DNA of 64,000 bases from the human T2T-CHM13v2.0 reference genome, Homo sapiens: assembly GCF_009914755.1 (NCBI RefSeq), contig NC_060925.1; one strand, written 5' to 3'. Positions 24,649 through 40,756 of this stretch are shown piece by piece. The number at the start of each line of letters is the position of its first letter. The stretch's first letter is position 1. A program made the translations under genes and the position numbers. Under the pieces are notes generated by a model that was given only the letters and a program-made list of their open reading frames with translations, was not told the DNA's origin and searched no databases.

Positions 24649-25906
24649 TTTAACTACTTCAGTTTTTAGGGGTCCTTGTCTATCCAAGACTTAGGCCTAA
24701 CATTAATGATTGTGTTTATTATAACATAAACTCAGAGGGTTATTCCACTGGATATCTTGAAGTCACCCTATTACTATATGCCTTGTCAGTAACTTAAGTG
24801 AAATATGATGTTTTCTTTATTTATAGTTTAAACCCAGCCAGTACCCAGGAAGGTTTCATAACAGCTAGAATAACTCAAATATCATGTATAAGGCCTTGAT
24901 TTCCCTTAGGATACTTTGTAGCTCTTCACAATATATTCTCCAACAATCCTGTGAAGTAGGTGGTTCATAACTTTCACTCCCGTTTTCTCTAATAAGTGAC
25001 TAGTAGGGCTTTATAGGATGTTTGCTTTAATGAATGGCTGAGATCTTCAGGTCCTCTGTGTCCCAGTTAGCACTGCGACTTGGCTGTCTGATATGTAGGG
25101 TCATTGTCATCCCTGCATTTCATGCACGATCACAGGTCCTCTTCAGTAACCACTTTCTCAAATGGGCAATAATCCAATCCAAAAATGATCATGGTTTCAC
25201 TGTGTCTTAAATGAGCAGGTTCTCATCTAAATTAAGGTTATCTATGGCAACAGAGAAAAAGGCAGGCACCACCGGCACAGAACTAGGTGATGGATGAATG
25301 AAGTGAGGGATTGGTTTTCCAGGGTTTGTCAGTTGTCTTGACAACAGTGTTTTACAGATGTGTGCATACAGATCTGCATGATTTAAAGCAATGAAGTCAT
25401 TTTTGTATTTTCTCTTTTCATTCTGCATTTCCAGGAAAGGTTCTGTCAGTAGGCTCAGCTTATAGCCATAGGGGACTAACTATCAGATGTAGTTTCACTA
25501 CTGTCTGGACTTGCTTCTGAGCTGCTTCAGAGAGAATGAGGTCCACACTTGCTGGCTCCATTTCTTCACCTCTCCTTCACGCCTCACTCCACCAGCTGCT
25601 CCTGAATCCACTAATGAAGTGGATTAATTGCCAAATCTGATAGACAATGTTTGGTCCTTACCTGATCTGACCTTTCTGAGGACTCTGACTCTGCCCGCCA
25701 TGCATTTCCTTTTTCAGACTGTTTCTCTGTTGACTACCAGGACAGTGGTGTGCATTTTTGCCTATTTACCTCCTCCCTGCTGGGCCTCCTCTCTGTCCAA
25801 CATTGTCCTCCCAGGGCTCTGAGCTCAACCCTTCTCTCTCCTCCCTCTGTACTCTCTCTCTGCAACTCACAAGCACAACAAGGTTTCAAACACCCGGGAC
25901 CTGTGA

Positions 25907-26375
<469 letters not shown>

Positions 26376-27033
26376 TCCAGCTCATTCTCTTTAGTACCCA
26401 TGCTGAATGATGCCCTTGGCCACGAGGACCATACTCGATTGGTATTTCCACTTTTTCCCTGTCCCTCACCCCTTTGCTGTCCCCATTCTTCTTACTGAGC
26501 TTAAATCTCAGGCTCAATCCTCATAATCACATCCTGCTATATCTTGTTGACCCCCCTTGCCCCTTTCTCATTTCCTCAAACTTATTTAGTGAAACCACAA
26601 TCTTGGTTAAATCCAACTCGCTTCTTCCCGCATCCGTGCAGCTGAATATGACTAGAGAAAAACACAGCCACACGGACTGGTCTCACTTTAAATTCATGAC
26701 CATGAACCCTAAGTGGGTCCTTAATGCTGCCAGGCAATCATTCTGTTAGTTTCTGGTCCTTTCATTCTCCCAGTTAACTAATTTCCTCTCCCCATACCCA
26801 CTCTCAGCTAATGACCCTGCTTCGTACTTCACTGAGAAAACTGAAGCAGGCAGAAGAGAAAGTCCACAGACTCCTGCCCTACTTCCCCCTACCTACTACC
26901 ATCTGTACCCACAGACTCCACCTTGCAGCCTGTTTTTACAGATGATCTGTCTGTGCTCCCTTCTAAAGCCAGTCCGTCTGCCTGTGCAGTATGCCATGCC
27001 TCCCTCTTCTACTCAAGGATATTGCTACAGCAC

Positions 27034-27526
27034 TGTATTAGTCAGGGTTCTCTAGAGGGACAGAACTAATAGCATATATGTGTGTATATATATATACACA
27101 CACACACACACGTATATACAGACACACATATATATGTATATATATGGGAATTTATTAAGTATTAACTTACACGATCACAATGTCCCACAATATATTTTCT
27201 GCAAGCTGAGGAGCAAGGAGAGCCAATTCGAGTCCCAAAACTGAAGAACTTGGAGTCCGATGTTCTACGGCAGGAAGCATCCAGCACAGGAGAAAGATGT
27301 AGGCTGGGAGGCTAGGCCTGTCTCTCCTTTTCACATGTTTCTGCCTGCTTTATATTCACTGGCAGCTTATTAGATTGTGCCCACCAGATTAAGGGTGGAT
27401 CTGCCTTCCCCAGCCCACTGACTCAAATGTTAAATCTCTTTTGGCAACACCCTCACAGACACACCCAGGATCCATACTTTGTATCATTCAATGCAATCAC
27501 ATTGACACTCAGTATTAACCATCACA
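27034..27526 (-). mobile_element. MLT2A1/2 (HERV-L) solo LTR with 5-bp TSD and an internal TA/CA microsatellite
   Basis: tgtattagtcagggttctctagagggacagaactaatag...ctcagtattaaccatcaca; TSD agcac at 27029-27033 and 27527-27531. Confidence 0.93.
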
Positions 27527-28599
27527 AGCACCTCTCCCTTCTGACATTTGCAATGTCTTACTCTCTACTGCAGCATTCCTGTCACCTCAGCTCCCTTGCC
27601 CTCAGAGTAAAAGCCAAAGTCCTCACAGTGGCCTATATGGCCCTTCGCAATCCAACTGTCCCATAGGCTCTCTCTGACCTCACCTCCTGATTCTCTCTCC
27701 TTGCTCCTTTCCCTTCAGGCTCCCTGGTCTCTTTGTTGGTCTTCCAACCTTAGGACTTTTTTTTTTTTCTATCTAAGATGCTCTTCTCCGAGGTATCTGC
27801 TTGGCTGACTCCCTTACCTCCTTTGAGTCTTTGTTCAAATCTCACTTCTCATTGCGGCCTGCCTTGGCCACCCTAGTTAGAACTGCAACACTCCCTCCCC
27901 CAACTCCTGACCCCCTTACCTCCTGTACTGTTTTTTAGTTTATCGTCAGCCTTATTATATAGTTTGCTTATTTATTATGTTTATTGCTGCTTGCCTCTCT
28001 GCATTAGCATGTAGGCTCCTTAAGGGCAGGTATCTTTGATTTGCTCACTGATGTATTCCAGACATCTAAAACAGTCCTTGGCATAGAGCAGGAGCTTGAG
28101 AAACCTTTGTTGAGTGAGTGAATATCTGCTGGTCCTATCCATGTGGATGCTTTTTTAGTTCTCTCCTCTTCTAATCCTTCTGGCCTGATTTCCTACAATA
28201 TCTGCTCATATAATGGATAGCATGTCATTTCTCACATATCATACAGCCCTTCCTCCCCATCACCCTATGGAGTTAACTTAGGTTCCAGTCACACAGACGT
28301 TCTGGCCATTTCCTGCACGTGCCATGCTCTTTTGCACTCCAGACTTCTGCCCTTTTTCCCTTTCCCTGGAGTGCTCTCCACTCCTTTTTCTGATGTGGAC
28401 TTCTACTGCGGAGTCGGCCCAAATAACTTTTCTTTTGTGAACACTTTCTGGATGTTTCAGGCCCTACCCTGGGGTATTAGAAGAGCTTGTGTGTAACTTT
28501 ATTACAGGGGAAGAGACTGTCTTCCTCCTCTCTGTGGTGCCAGCAGCTCCTCAGTGCTTGGTACTATGTGAATGAGTGCATGCTTGGTTCGTCAGTAGA

Positions 28600-29117
28600 A
28601 CTGACTAAAGATACAGGCGGTGGCTACTAACCAGCAAAGATTGTAGGCACAGCTCCTGCTCACGTTTGTCAGACCATGTCTGGCTCCTGACATTTGCAAC
28701 CCTTTTCTCCCTCTCCTGAGGCCCCTCCAGCAGCATCTGCTGACTTGTACCTGTACTTCCACCATCAGGGTTGAGGAACATTGTTGACCATGGCAGAAGC
28801 GATAGAAGAAACTTCTTTCCATCAGCTTTGAGTCAAAATAATGCCAGCTCTATCCCTTGTATCCTGAAAATTGGTCATTTGCCTTTTTTTTTTTTAAAAA
28901 AAAAGAAAGACCTAGTTTTCACCTTGAGCTCTATTTTACCTGCTCAGAAACAACTGTAGAGTAAATCAATACAGTGCATTTCTGTTCACATTGTATTGGC
29001 TGGATCTAGTCATAACACTCCATCTGATTGCAGGAGAGATTGTAAAATGTAGTTTAGCTGTATGTCCGGGAATAAGAGGAGAAAGGGGATAGTGGGGGTA
29101 CTAGGGTCCCCTCCACA
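28600..29117 (-). mobile_element. Old MaLR LTR remnant (MLT1J-like)
   Basis: cacattgtattggctggatctagtcat...tgcaggagagattgtaaaatgtagtttagctg. Confidence 0.5.
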
Positions 29118-29484
29118 CCCTTTTTTTGTAACTATGAATATTTTCCCAAGGAATAGATATTTCATTAATAGCTAGGGTATGGCTTTAATTACTATCTGGT
29201 TTGTTCACTTGGTGAACTGGGATGGAGCTCGTGGAAGAACAAAGACTAGTTTTGACCTATAAGCTTAAACCCAAGCCCTTTTCCTCTACTCCTATGCATG
29301 CCTGTTTAGTCTTCCAGGTAATACTATGCTAATGGCTAAAGGAGAAATGAATCATAAGACCTCTTTCCTATACCTGCTAGTTCTTTCAGGGATAGGGGCT
29401 ACTTTCAAGTGGGAGGGGACCAAATCCTGTCTAATTGCAGCTGCCATAATACTGAAAAGACAGAGGAGAGGAGAAAAAGCTGTA

Positions 29485-30050
29485 TTAATTAGGAATATTG
29501 CAGTTACAGGTGATAGAGGGTTAGGTCATAACTTTATTTTAAAAAAGGATATTAATTTGCTCAGGTACCTGGGAAGTTCATGAGAGACAGCCAACTTTAG
29601 GAACAGTTGGATCTAGTGCTTCAAATAAGGTTTCTCCCTCTTTCCATCTCTATCTCTATCTCTAAACTCTCTCATCTCTATGCCTCTGCTTGGCTTAATC
29701 TTCAAGTAGTTTCTCTTCACGAATAGGTAAGATGACTGCTGGCAGCCCCAAATAATTATATGTCTCAAGAACTCTGGTAAAATACCAGGAAAGGCTGATT
29801 AGTCTGATTGAGTTGTAAACCCACTTCTGCACCTGTCACCATGGCTAGAAGGGCGGAGGAGTCTATCAACTAGGTGTAAGGCAACGCAAAAGTCCTTCTG
29901 TGTATTTAGCGGGGCACAACTTGTGGGTATGTCAGCCCTACCTGAACTGAACAGATTGAGCCATGTTGTTATAGAATGGGTAACAGATGAAAAGAAGGGA
30001 AAATAAAAAATAAATGTCCACAATAGAAGCAATCTGAACCAGACTGTGTG
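29485..30050 (-). mobile_element. Old MaLR LTR remnant (MLT1K/L-like)
   Basis: aattaggaatattgcagttacaggtgataga...ctttaggaacagttggatctagtgcttcaaa...aagatgactgctggcagcccca. Confidence 0.55.
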
Positions 30051-30499
30051 GAATAGAGAGCTTTTGCCCTTTTTGTTACACAAATATGCTCAATAGATGG
30101 TCATTTTTAAATCCTGTACTTGAAGCTTCCCAACCGCCTGGTCTTCTCATCTTCACTGCCTCTAGGGTTCCTTGTGGAACTCAGGTGCCTGTGTTCAATG
30201 CCATGATAACACTGATTGTTGGTTCGGTGGCTGAGTTAAATTCCACATCCTGAGCTTTCTCCATCTGCCACATCCCATTGCTGATTGTAGGTCAGGTTTA
30301 ATTGTGTCCTGAATGTGCACAAAACCAGGGTTGGTACCTCTGTTTTTGGTGTAAGGGTGAGTTTGATTTTTGAATATGTTAGCACATCAGTGTTTCATCT
30401 AAGATGATGTATGAGGATTATGAGTACTTTTTTTGTTGTTTAGGAATATGATTTCTTTTGCTTGAATTAAGCCTTCAATGTAAAAATATTAATATTTTG

Positions 30500-31260
30500 C
30501 GCAACATTTTTTTCTGATGATAAATACATGTTTCTTAAAGAAAATCCAGAAAATACAAAAGAATACAAGAAGAAAAAAACTACAATTTCTCATCCCAGTG
30601 AGAATAATATTAAAATTGTGTTTGATTTTTAAATGTGTGCTGTGTGTATATGTATGTGTAACTAATTATAAAATTAAAACCATAAGATATATATATATAT
30701 ATATATATCTCATTTAAACCTGTTCTTGATTTAGCATGAAATATTTTCATTCATTAAATAATCTTCTAAAGCATAATTTTTAATGGGTGCAGAGTTCATA
30801 ATATATAAGTGTTGCTAAATGTATTTAATTCTCTTTTGGACATTTAGGTTGTTTACGATTTTGTATTATAAATAATACTGTAATATGCATCTTTCATTTT
30901 TCAAATCTTTGATTGTGATTTTAGATAAATTCCTGGACATTGACTCCTGAACTGTTCTAGGATTTTTATACATAGTTAAGTTCATGTCAGAGAATTTATA
31001 CTGCTTTACACTTCTCGCAAGTATGAATGAGCATATACATTTCCCTCACCTTTTCCCACAGTAGTAACATTTAAAAATTGGTAGTTTGATAATGGAAAAA
31101 AAGTACCTGGCTTTTGTTTTAATTTATATACGTTGATTTCTGGTGGGTTTGCCCATTTTTTTGCATTTATTAGCCATTTGTGTTTCTTCTGCTAGATGTC
31201 TACTCATAAAGGACTGTGCTTATGTTTTTTTGGTATGTTCACCTTTTTCATTTTGAACAA
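30500..31260 (-). mobile_element. Old L1 (L1ME/L1MC-type) 3' end
   Basis: aaatacatgtttc..agaaaatccagaaaatacaaaag; ttggacatttaggttgttt; tttattagccatttgtgtttcttct. Confidence 0.75.
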
Positions 31261-32384
31261 ACTTTTGGTGACAGACATACTGGCCTGAGAGTCAAAATTA
31301 CTGGGTTCCGCAGTTTCCTTATCTATAAAATGGGGATAATGTCAGGTGGATCCATAGTCTATTCTAATAGGTCTAAGTAGCCAAACATTAGCCTTTTCAG
31401 AAAGTTCAACCTGTACTTATCTTACTTCTCTCACAGGGAGTTTAAGAGACTCAAATGAGCTGAGTGTGCAAATGCTTTATAAACAACAAGAATGAGTCAA
31501 AGTGAGGATCACTATTTCCTCCATAGTGATCTAGGCACAGACATTTTACTTTCAATATCTCACTTATTTCTCACCACATATTCTTTTCCCCATTTAGCAG
31601 GGGAGGAGAATAAGGCTCTGCCAGTTTAAGCCACACAGCTTATGAGGAACAGAACCGGATGCTAGCCTGGGATGGCTGACCTCCTGTCCCACCATCTTTC
31701 CACTGTGGCATCCTGCTTCCCTCCAAGTCCTTTAAAAGGCGGATGAATTTACTTCCTCCCAGGCATAATCTACTTCAGTTGTGCACCCAGTAATAGACAT
31801 TTGCCAAAGCTGTGCAGACATAGCCTGGATCAGTGTGGTGACCAACCAAGTCTCATTAGCAACATAAAGAGCATTATTGAGTAGTAATTATTTTCTTTGG
31901 AAATGATTATTTTTCAGAAACATGCAATTCTGGGCTCCTGGAAAGTGGAATCATGGCCATCTTGGGTAATTGCTTAAGTCATCCTCATTTACCGTTGCTT
32001 ACATTATGATGAGGCAGATTCACAACTCTTAAAGTGCAAGTTGGGAGAATGAAACTTTTAGCATTCTGAAATTTCTAGAGGTATCATGTTCTTCATCGTC
32101 CCTTTGCTCTCCATTCTGGGCATGTGAGAATAAACATAATCCCTGGCAGAATAATATTTCTAGAAATATGAGGAAAAACTTAATTTCTTTCATTTTACAT
32201 CCAGATGTTTTCCAGCAGGAAAGAAAATCTCCATAGAATGCGAGGTTCCCAAACAAATAAAACTTCCAAAAGAATCCTCCTTTTAGCAGATCACATGGTA
32301 TTACTTGCAAACTAGCTGGTGAATAAGAGAAGCTTTGAAGTTTGCATAGTCAATCAAAAATGTTTCTTAGAGATAAAAAGACAC

Positions 32385-33130
<746 letters not shown>

Positions 33131-36100
33131 GCCATCAACTTTGCTCCTTGCCACACTGCTAGTCCTTGGCACAATGCCTTTCTCAGGAGGCTCAAGGATA
33201 TTGATGAACTCCATAAATGAACAAATGAAAGAACAAGACCCAGTGAGCAATCAAGGAGCAAAAGCCTTCATGTTGGTGGCAGCACATTCTTTTGTCTAAT
33301 TCACTGTCTGGGTGCATTGGTATATTTACCTCTTAGTACAGTAGAAGCCCCCTCTTCAGTCTAGGGTTGGTTATGTGGAAAAAATTTAGTTGAAGAGGTA
33401 AGCCATGGAAAAGTATGGGTTTACACCTTAAATGTTTTTAATTTATCTTAAATAAATATACTTTAATTCAACATCTCTATTATTTTTATTATTACCTAGG
33501 GCTAAGACTTTTCCTTTGAGTAAGCACCCACTGAAGGAAGCTCCCCTACCTCGTTTTGAATAAACCACACCTGTAACTCAATAGCTATGATTTTATGATT
33601 AAAAGAATAGCTTAGGTTCTTTTAATGCAGAAGGCAAACATAAATAAACCTGTGAAGCAATCTGAATGCAGAACCATTTCGGGCTTTTATGTTTTGCCCC
33701 AGTCCTGTACAGTTGTCTTTCTCATACACCATTAGGCAATATATTTTTTTTAGCAATAGCCTTTACCAATTCTTTTCAAATCATTCTACTTAGTTTTCAT
33801 GCAAACAGTCCTTTTTTTCCCTGAACTCATATTTCATCAGGTTACATATATTGATCAAAATTATGTAATTATGATAACAAGGACATTTGGAATGAGGAAT
33901 CTGAGAACCATCACAACTACCTCTTGATCAGAACATAATTGAGGCTGTGGGAGCACAAACACACAGGCTAAGTAGAGAGACCTCTTCTTTTAGACGGTTG
34001 CATGTGCCGAGGGCCTCAGTTGTGTGTCCTCCAGAGAGCTGGTTAATCCTGAGTTCAGAGAGCTTCTGGCATTCCACTAGCACCTTTTATCACAATGCAC
34101 TGAAACCTTGGCCAACACAGAGGCATGTCATGCAAACCGGACATAGAGCTGGTCTGCCCTAGAGTACGTCTGGGGTGCCTTGCCTTAGAAATGCCAAGGG
34201 GATGGGTGCTGTAACACTTTTACTATCATGGGGTCCCATGGGGGTCCCCTCCAGCCGACTTCAGGAATGAAGCTCCAGGGTGTGTAATTGTTTTAGCATA
34301 AATCAATTCAAAGTGGGGAGGAAGGCTCTTGGGGATCATGGAACAGTGCTTGGCATGTGGCTAATACGTATTAAATAGCTCCAAATAAAAATGGACATGG
34401 TTTTCTGCTACAGTAGGCAGATCGCTTGACTCTCTGGGAGTTGAGTACTTGGAGGAGAAAAATGAAGGTTTCCAAGACTCTGGCTGTTGTCCTAGCAAGA
34501 CTCATCTTCCGTTGTCGAGGTGGCTGGTTCCCTGTGGGAAGGGAGGGAAGCCAGGCCCATCTGAGCATCTCAGGCCAATGCCCAGAGCCCTGACCCTGCA
34601 CCAAGCATGCAGAGTGACCTCGTGGGGAGAAGACTTGGGTAGGGGTCAGGAGCCAGCGGTGTTGTCCTTTCTTATGCTTAGCTGGCCACATAACCTAAAG
34701 AAAATTCCTTGATCCCTGAAAGGCTACTTTTTCTTCTTTTTCCGTAAATTGAGGGTCAACTGAAAGCATTTGTGAAAGTCAAAAGCTAAGAGTCATGCAC
34801 TGTTCAAGACACTACAAGGCCATGGGGTTTCTTAAGACATAAATCACTCAGTTCATTCAGGGGCAAGAGATGTGCCCCATCTGTCTCCTCAGCCTCCCTT
34901 CACTTGAAGGAACTGAGGACGATCTGCCTGATGCCTGTCACACCATCCATCCACCCACCATGGCTAATTAGTGTCTCTGCCCTTGAAGATGATCCCACCC
35001 CTCAAGATTAGCCTTGGGACATGAAGATCATTGCCTGGAAGAATATGGTGAGTCAGGGAGTTGAAATAACTGAGATTTTTTTTCCCCCCTATCTTGTGAC
35101 TACACTGAGGATTTTAGATTCTTTTCACCAAACTCCCTCAATCTTCTGTGAATACCCACCACCCCAGTCTTCCTAAAACCTCCTACCGCAGAGCAGATGT
35201 TTAGAGCCTCCTGCCAGGGAATAAGCCTGGCCTTTCTGCACATCATGTTAAACTGTCATGAAGTCAGACAGCAGAACAGGCAAAATGGGGACCCAGGTCA
35301 GCCAGTGCAAAGCTCCCTCCAGGAACCCCAGGCTTTGAGATCTCCTGGAACCTTCCTGTGCTTCTCTGTTATGGGACAAGGAGTCCAACAAGCTTATCAT
35401 TGAGTCAGCTGGTGAAATGGCCCTTTACGGTGTGCAAAATGCCACCATCACCAGTAAAACAAGCAAAGGAAAAGCAAAAGCTCCGTAACTAAAGAAATGA
35501 TTTCTTTCCAATAAGTGGATGGTGTTTAAATCTGATAAGGAACAAGTGAACCTGTGGTTCTTCCTGGTTCGTTGTGACTCAGGCCCAGAAAAAGGCTTAG
35601 AATGTGTTTCTGGAAGTGGTATAAAGGAAGCCTTTCTTTAGGGCCACCTTTGAGACCTGGGCAAGTAGAGGAGGGGTAAGAACGGGAGACCCAGGCCAGT
35701 GGATGGAGCTCTGAGGGCTGGCAGGGATGGAGGCCTGGGGCAGCAGGGACCGAGTGGCACTGCCATCTGGCTTTGGTTGCGTGGGCTTTGGAAAGTAAGT
35801 TGGTGTTCTGAAGGCAAGGCAGGAGGGATCCCAGTGCCAGGGAACAGAGTAAATGAGAACTTGTCTCTAAGCCACGGATTCTGGAATTTCCCATAATTAA
35901 CATTCCAGCTGAATATTCAAAAGGCCCGGGCTTTTGGTAGGCCTGTAAATTAAAACAGAATAAAGTATTTAGGGTCTACTTATGAGGGTAATGGTCTGGG
36001 AAACCATGGCTTTTGTTATTTGTGAAATGTGACTCAGTTTTTACATCTGTAAAGTGGCAATAGATTCAGAAATTTTTAAAATGTTAGTCCTGAGAGGGAT

Positions 36101-36169
36101 CTTAGAGATAATTTAACTCTTTTTATTTTAGAGAAAAGGATCCTGAAGCCAGAGAGATTTGTTACTCTA

Positions 36170-36400
36170 ATGGTATTAATATTAATAATGGTGTTGACTA
36201 TGCTGAGTGTCTGTAGTACATAAATTCATTTAATCCTCACAAATTCTTTCTGAATAGTTATTACTATTATCCCTACTTTACAGATGAGAAAACTGAGACT
36301 TAATAAGGTTGTGTGTCTTGCCCAAGGCCACACAGCTCATAATGGGCATAACTGGAACTTGAGACCAAGTCTGCTGGATTCTAGATTCTGAGTCTTAGAG
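36170..36400 (-). mobile_element. MIR
   Basis: ttcatttaatcctcacaa...ttacagatgagaaaactgagact...cttgcccaaggccacacagct. Confidence 0.88.
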
Positions 36401-36436
36401 AAGTAACTCACAGCAGCTCATATAAAAACTTTTCTT

Positions 36437-37296
<860 letters not shown>

Positions 37297-37430
37297 AACT
37301 CTATGAGATAAGCAATATTATTCCCATTTTATAGATTTGTAAACTGAGGCACAAAGATGAGTCAAGGTCACACAGTTGGTAAATGGTGGAAACAGGATTT
37401 AAACCTATGGAGTAGGATTTGAACCTCTGT
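37297..37430 (-). mobile_element. MIR fragment
   Basis: cccattttatagatttgtaaactgaggcaca...caaggtcacacag. Confidence 0.75.
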
Positions 37431-38744
37431 GCTATATGTATATCTAACGTGCCTATTATTGACATGTACTTCCACACAACTACCATATAATGACAATTTA
37501 TGTGTAATATGATGCCCTTGATCATTAAAGACAGATTAAACATAACACTGTGTCTTTGTTGGGAGATTTATTCTATTGTATTCAAGTATTTTGGGGATCG
37601 GTCATCCATCTAGTTTCCAGATAACATTTGCAGATTATTATCTCAATTCCTGGCCATTCATCCGGAAGGAGCTATTTGCTTAAGTGGACGGGACTGACCT
37701 GGCTACAGCTCACCCTTGTCCTGCCCTTTCCTCTTCAGAATTGGAAGGGAATCCTGCCCTGCCGTTAGGCACTGCTTTCTCCCTTTGACTGGTTATACTG
37801 GAAGTCATTTTGCAGATAAGACCAGCATTAAGTTTTGTAAAATAGTGGCGTCCATTGGTGTTGAAAGGTGTAGAATGAAATCACTTAAAGTAGAAGCTGT
37901 TTTCCAAATGATTTCATGTCTCAGATCTAAATTATTCATTTGAGAAATTAATCAGTTTGGATTTTAAGAGTTACTGTTGGGTGATGTTTTTCTTCTTCTT
38001 TTGCCTCTAATGGATAATTTGAGGGAATCAGCTTTTATATTAAGAAGATAAAACATGAGTTTGCAAAGTTGCCATCTGATCTTATTGCCTGGTGGGCCAC
38101 CTAGGAAAAGGAGTCTCTGATGGATATTGGATCCTGAGGTGCATGAGGGCAGGAGCTACATATAGACAATTCCCTTTGTCTTTTATTTAATGCAAAGCCT
38201 TGCACGACTGGGCACCACACATTTGCCTGCTAATGATATGTGGGAGCTGGAGAGTTACCCCCATTCTTCATTCTAAACATCTCTCTTGGCTTTCTTTGTC
38301 CCACTGCCTGCCTGAATCTGGCCCTGAGCAAGATGGCCACCCCACAGGACATAAGGTATGGGTTTGGAAAGTTGAGAAAATGATCTGTGTTAGCTGGCTT
38401 CTGTGTTCCATGTACATTTTATTGGAGCCTGTCTGAAGATAGTGCCTTGCTTTTGGAATGAGGCCTACTGAGTCATGCCAGACTGTTTAGCTTTTCTTCT
38501 TTCACGGTAATGCCTTATCTCTGAGCATGAAATTGGCCCCATGTTTGTCTATCTGGTCACTACCATGGTTCCCAAGCCCATATACATCCCCTAATCTTTT
38601 TCTTTGCTACTCATGCAGTTTTTCTACTCATATTCAATACTTTAAGAAACTCACTGTTTCATTCTGTTTTACTAACACATGACCCCTTCCTGTTCCTTCT
38701 TCACTTTAGTATTTTCTTTTTCTGAGAGGAGATCTTGGATGAAA

Positions 38745-39050
38745 GTTATTATAGCTATAATTTATTAAATGTCTTCTGTGTGTCTGGGTCTGTGCTTAGA
38801 ACTAATAATTATTTGTAACAATTGTCGTCACTGTACACTTACTATGTGTCCAGCAGTGCTAAGTGCTTTGCAGACATAGATTCATTTAAGTCTTATAACA
38901 AGCTTATGACATGAATACTATTAATAAACCCATTTTACAGATGTGGAGATTGAAGATTAGTGAAATTAATTAACTTGCCCAAGGTTACTAAGCTAGTAAA
39001 TGGCAGTCTTGAATCAGGCAGTCCAACTCCCAAGCCCTACTCTTAATCAC
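38745..39050 (-). mobile_element. MIR(s)
   Basis: cacttactatgtgtc..gtgctaagtgcttt...cccattttacagatgtggagattgaag...taacttgcccaaggtta. Confidence 0.85.
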
Positions 39051-39646
39051 TACAATATGTTGTCCTTCTTTTAAGCCTGTGGCCTTTCCTATTGTTCACA
39101 GGTATCCCGCAAGGGCAGTGTTTTGCTGTGCAGACCTAATAAGATCCATGCTTTGACCTCAGGCTTGTCTGCCTCCAAAGCCCAAGCTTTTTCCACTCTC
39201 CAAATTGCCTTTGAGGAAGATAGACTCTGAGTTGCCTGCTATCACCTCACCAGTTTTTCCTTTCTTAGGCATGGAGAGAATGATGTAGGATTAACTACAT
39301 CACATATGATATCCAAACAAATCCATTGGTTTACTCCAGTGGCTTCCCAATGTCTTTATCATCCTTTCTTCACATTTTACATGGTACAAGAGATCGAGAC
39401 CGAGCTACTCTCGTTGAATTCACAATAGGGGACCTGTGCCCTCTTGTGCCCCTGCTCTACCTCCCATGAGCCATGGTTTCTGCAGTTCCTCCATCAAACC
39501 CTGAAGGACACCTGAAAGCACAGCTGTAATGTCAGTTAACCTCATCTTAAGTCAGGAACACATACCAACCTTCACTAGGTGGATAGTTGTTTATTCCATT
39601 TTTGCATTTATCAAGTATAACATTATTCCAAGACATCTATGGTTAA

Positions 39647-39679
39647 AACAACAACAACAACAACAACAACAACAGCAAC
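39647..39679. repeat. (AAC)n trinucleotide repeat, about 9 perfect units
   Basis: Read directly from the sequence. Confidence 0.92.
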
Positions 39680-40329
39680 GTTAAGTCCTCATTCCAGCCA
39701 AAAATATATTTTCTAAGCCCATCTTCCTATAATTACCATTAAAAGAAACATATTGGTCAGATCAAATCCATAAACACTTGTCTAGTGCCTGCCAGCCCTG
39801 GGGAAACAAATCTCAGTATGACATGGTAACTTCTAAGTTATGAGATGATGATCATGATTATTATTATTCTCAGTTTTCTGAATGGCTTAAGCCCAGGCAA
39901 TTAGGTCCTCTCTAAGATTATAGCAAAACAATCATGTGTTGGATTTCTCTTCCCACAGGAACTCCAACATCCAAACCATAGGCACAACACTAAGGCAGGT
40001 CACATTATGATTTCACCTAAGCAACTAGAGTAAGCCATGGCTTACTTTCTTCCTATAGACAGTCCAGGGCACATGCTAGCCATGGACTTTAGCTGCTGAC
40101 ACCCAGGTATGAAACTAAAATGAATGATAGACAACTCATAGCAAGATGTAGAGTACCATGAAGCCAAATCTAAAAAGTTTTCTGGATGTGTCTGTTATCT
40201 TTACCACTGTATTATCAGACCAATGTTTTGAATTTTGATCTTCATATTTAGTGGAAGGAAAATCTGATTCCTCTGGAGTAAAAAAGGTGAAAAAGATGAC
40301 ATATGTGTACGTCTTTTAGGTTATGAGTA

Positions 40330-40752
40330 TGGAATGGTGGCAAAGAATACTATGTGTCCGCCAAGTCCTATCGCTTTGCCTTTTAGGCTCATACCCAGAC
40401 TATACCTCCAAGCGTTTTTTGTGACTAGGTGGCATCATGTCAATGAGTTCTGGCCAATAGATGTTGCCAGAAGCAATGTGTACCATTTCCAGGCCTGGCC
40501 CACAAAATCACCCTATGCAACCCTCCATGGTCTCTCCTCCTATATTCACTGGTTGAATGGAGAGGACTCTGTAGATTTGGAGTATAGTGGACCCAGAGGA
40601 GAGAAAGAGTGTAGATCTCTAAATGAGCAAAGAGTTTGTAGAGTAAGACCTGCACTTGGCTGTGAAATAAGCAATAACCATTTTTTTTGTGTTAAGCTGT
40701 TGAGATTTGAGGAATGCTAATTACAGAATTTAGCCTACCTTGGGACTAATAC
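40330..40752 (+). mobile_element. Old MaLR LTR (MLT1I/J-like; same family as 3737-4150)
   Basis: gactaggtggcatcatgtcaatgagttctggccaatag...atttccaggcctggccca; end ttaagctgttgagattt...gactaataca. Confidence 0.7.
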
Positions 40753-40756
40753 AGAG

